Source of the DNA: Octopus vulgaris | Lineage: Eukaryota | Assembly (NCBI GenBank): GCA_951406725.2 | Contig: OX597815.1 | Coordinates: 40,114,001 to 40,178,000, forward strand | Direction of reading: 5' to 3' | DNA: 64,000 nt | Shown here: piece after piece, positions 62,243 to 64,000 of the stretch | How the letters are laid out: each line of letters starts with the position of its first letter | Numbering within the stretch: the first letter of the stretch is position 1 | Translations under genes and position numbers: made by a program | Notes under the pieces: generated by a model | Told to the model about the DNA's origin: nothing | What the model saw: only the letters and a program-made list of their open reading frames with translations | The model's database searches: none

Positions 62243-62837
62243 GCTTTTCAATATTAATATGTATATCTATAAATCTCTTTGGTCTTTTTTCTACTAATCC
62301 ACATGTTACGTTATATTATACTATACACACGTAGCACTATTTACTATACTTTGTCTCGACCAATTACCATTTTTTAAACACAACCGGTAGATTTTTGTTC
62401 TTATTTTTATGTTATAGTTCACCGCACATATAGACGTGCATACAGATTGATATGTCTGGCTTTCTTTCTCTTTCGCTTCTCTTACTATTATTATTACCGT
62501 TATTTTTTCCCTTTTACAACTTGCTTGTAAATATCCGATGTTTTCCCTCTTACCCATTTGTATTCTCCCTTACTGTATCTTATTTTAATTTAATTTATAT
62601 TATTTTTTGATGTCCTTACAAAAATTACTCACACTGATGAAAATGGCAATGCATAAATCTAATTATAATTACTATGGTTATAATCTTTTTCTTACATGTT
62701 TGTATTGTCCTTTGAAATGCGCGTAAGTATTGAATCCTGTTTTGTATTAAATCTAATTTTGATTCAACATCTTTTTCTCCTCCATTTTTCTATAATTGTT
62801 TCTGGTATATTTATACCTATAACGATATTTTCAACTA
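61834..62837. repeat. Inverted pair of ~205-bp pLTR-like repeats, each beginning at CTGATGA
   Basis: 61834-62042 (minus) vs 62631-62837 (plus). Confidence 0.85.
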
Positions 62838-63132
62838 CTATTTTCATATTTTTGTTAGTTGCTCTGGGTGGGTTTTTTTATGAATATGATGAATCTTTAT
62901 TAGAAATTATTCTTTCTCTCTTTTTTGGACATTTCAAAAACGTTGAATTGTTCTCATCTGAACTTAATTTCCCCATATATACATATATATATATATATAT
63001 ATAAACATATTCAGTCTTTGGTATTAATAGATATGTGGGTATTCTGTTTGAGATTATGCAAAAAATAACATAACGAGTATATTGGAAGGTGAATTCTTAT
63101 TAATTTCTATTGTGTATTTTGTATATTTCTAG

Positions 63133-64000
63133 AGAGTCCTAGCAAGCCCACTGCAGTTCCTCTTTCAGAGCTTCCTTGCAGCTGGCAAACTTCAAAGAAA
63201 ACTGAAGGAAGGTAAAATATGCCCTATTCATAAAGGAGGTAGCAGAGCGGAGGCCAAGAACTACAGGCCTATCTCTCTGATCTCACACATCAGCAAGGTC
63301 ATGGAACGAATAGTCAGAAGGAAACTGATCACCTTCCTTGAAGAAAATGACTTGCTGCCTGACACCCAACATGGTTTCCGACCAGGAAGAAGCTGCTTAA
63401 CTCAGCTCCTACAACGCTATGACTGGGTGCTGAAACGACTGCTCAACCACTCAAATGTGGAAGTAATATATCTCGACTTTGCAAAGGCCTTTGATAAAGT
63501 CGATCATGGAACGATATGTCACAAACTGCGTGATCTTAGCATAGTTGGAAAACTGGGAGAATGGCTTCATGACTTTCTGAAAGATAGAAGTCAGGTGGTA
63601 GTAGCCAATGGGGCCACTTCCATTAACACGCAAATAGTGAGCGGTGTTCCGCAGGGCACTGTTTTGGGACCACTACTGTTCATAATGGCCCTCTCAGACA
63701 TGCCCTCAGCCACGCAGAGAGCTACGATCACAAGTTATGCAGATGATACAAAAGTTTCACAGGCAATACAGAACCCTGAGGACACTAAACGCCTGCAATG
63801 TGAGCTGGACAAAATATACAAGTGGGCTGAAAAGAATAGCATGCAGTTCAATGCTGAAAAGTTTCAAGCTTTATACTATCAGCATGCAAAACTAAATGCA
63901 ATACCCAATGAATACACTGGACCCGGAGGAATTGCAATCCCAGAGGCACAATCAGTGCGTGACCTGGGTATTTACATGAGTGATGACGCAACCTTTCGTG
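63133..64000 (+). mobile_element. CR1-clade LINE RT, uninterrupted frame of 289 codons running off the window
   Basis: NYRPISLISHISKVMERIV, QHGFRPGRSC, YLDFAKAFDKVDH, SGVPQGTVLGPLLF, YADD and RDLGI; absent from the ORF track because no stop lies inside the window. Confidence 0.96.

Overview
AT-rich, repeat-dense eukaryotic DNA. The SINE families, microsatellite load and TTAGGG repeats suggest a coleoid cephalopod, probably Octopus (inference, no database check). Almost all ORFs in the supplied track are microsatellite or transposon artefacts. One host gene, missed by the track, is visible on the + strand: the last two coding exons (15310-15435, TM6; 19595-19749, TM7/NPxxY/helix 8) of a class A neuropeptide GPCR of the neuromedin U/pyrokinin/CAPA (PRXamide) receptor type. 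No earlier exons were found, so they probably lie upstream of the window. The rest is a transposon graveyard: RTE, CR1-clade and R4/Dong LINEs, Penelope-like elements (PLEs), tRNA-derived SINEs, mariner, maT, Ginger1, Merlin, piggyBac, Helitrons and MITEs. Two observations stand out. First, several short PLE-type inserts, most of them in (TA)n tracts, carry minimal hammerhead ribozymes, including two copies with a flipped G3-C8 catalytic core and one U3-A8 candidate, often in inverted pairs. Second, the GPCR UAG stop is followed in frame by 21 sense codons ending in a class I PDZ ligand (ESTV-stop), a candidate for stop-loss A-to-I editing or readthrough. All calls were made by eye; boundaries of decayed elements are approximate.
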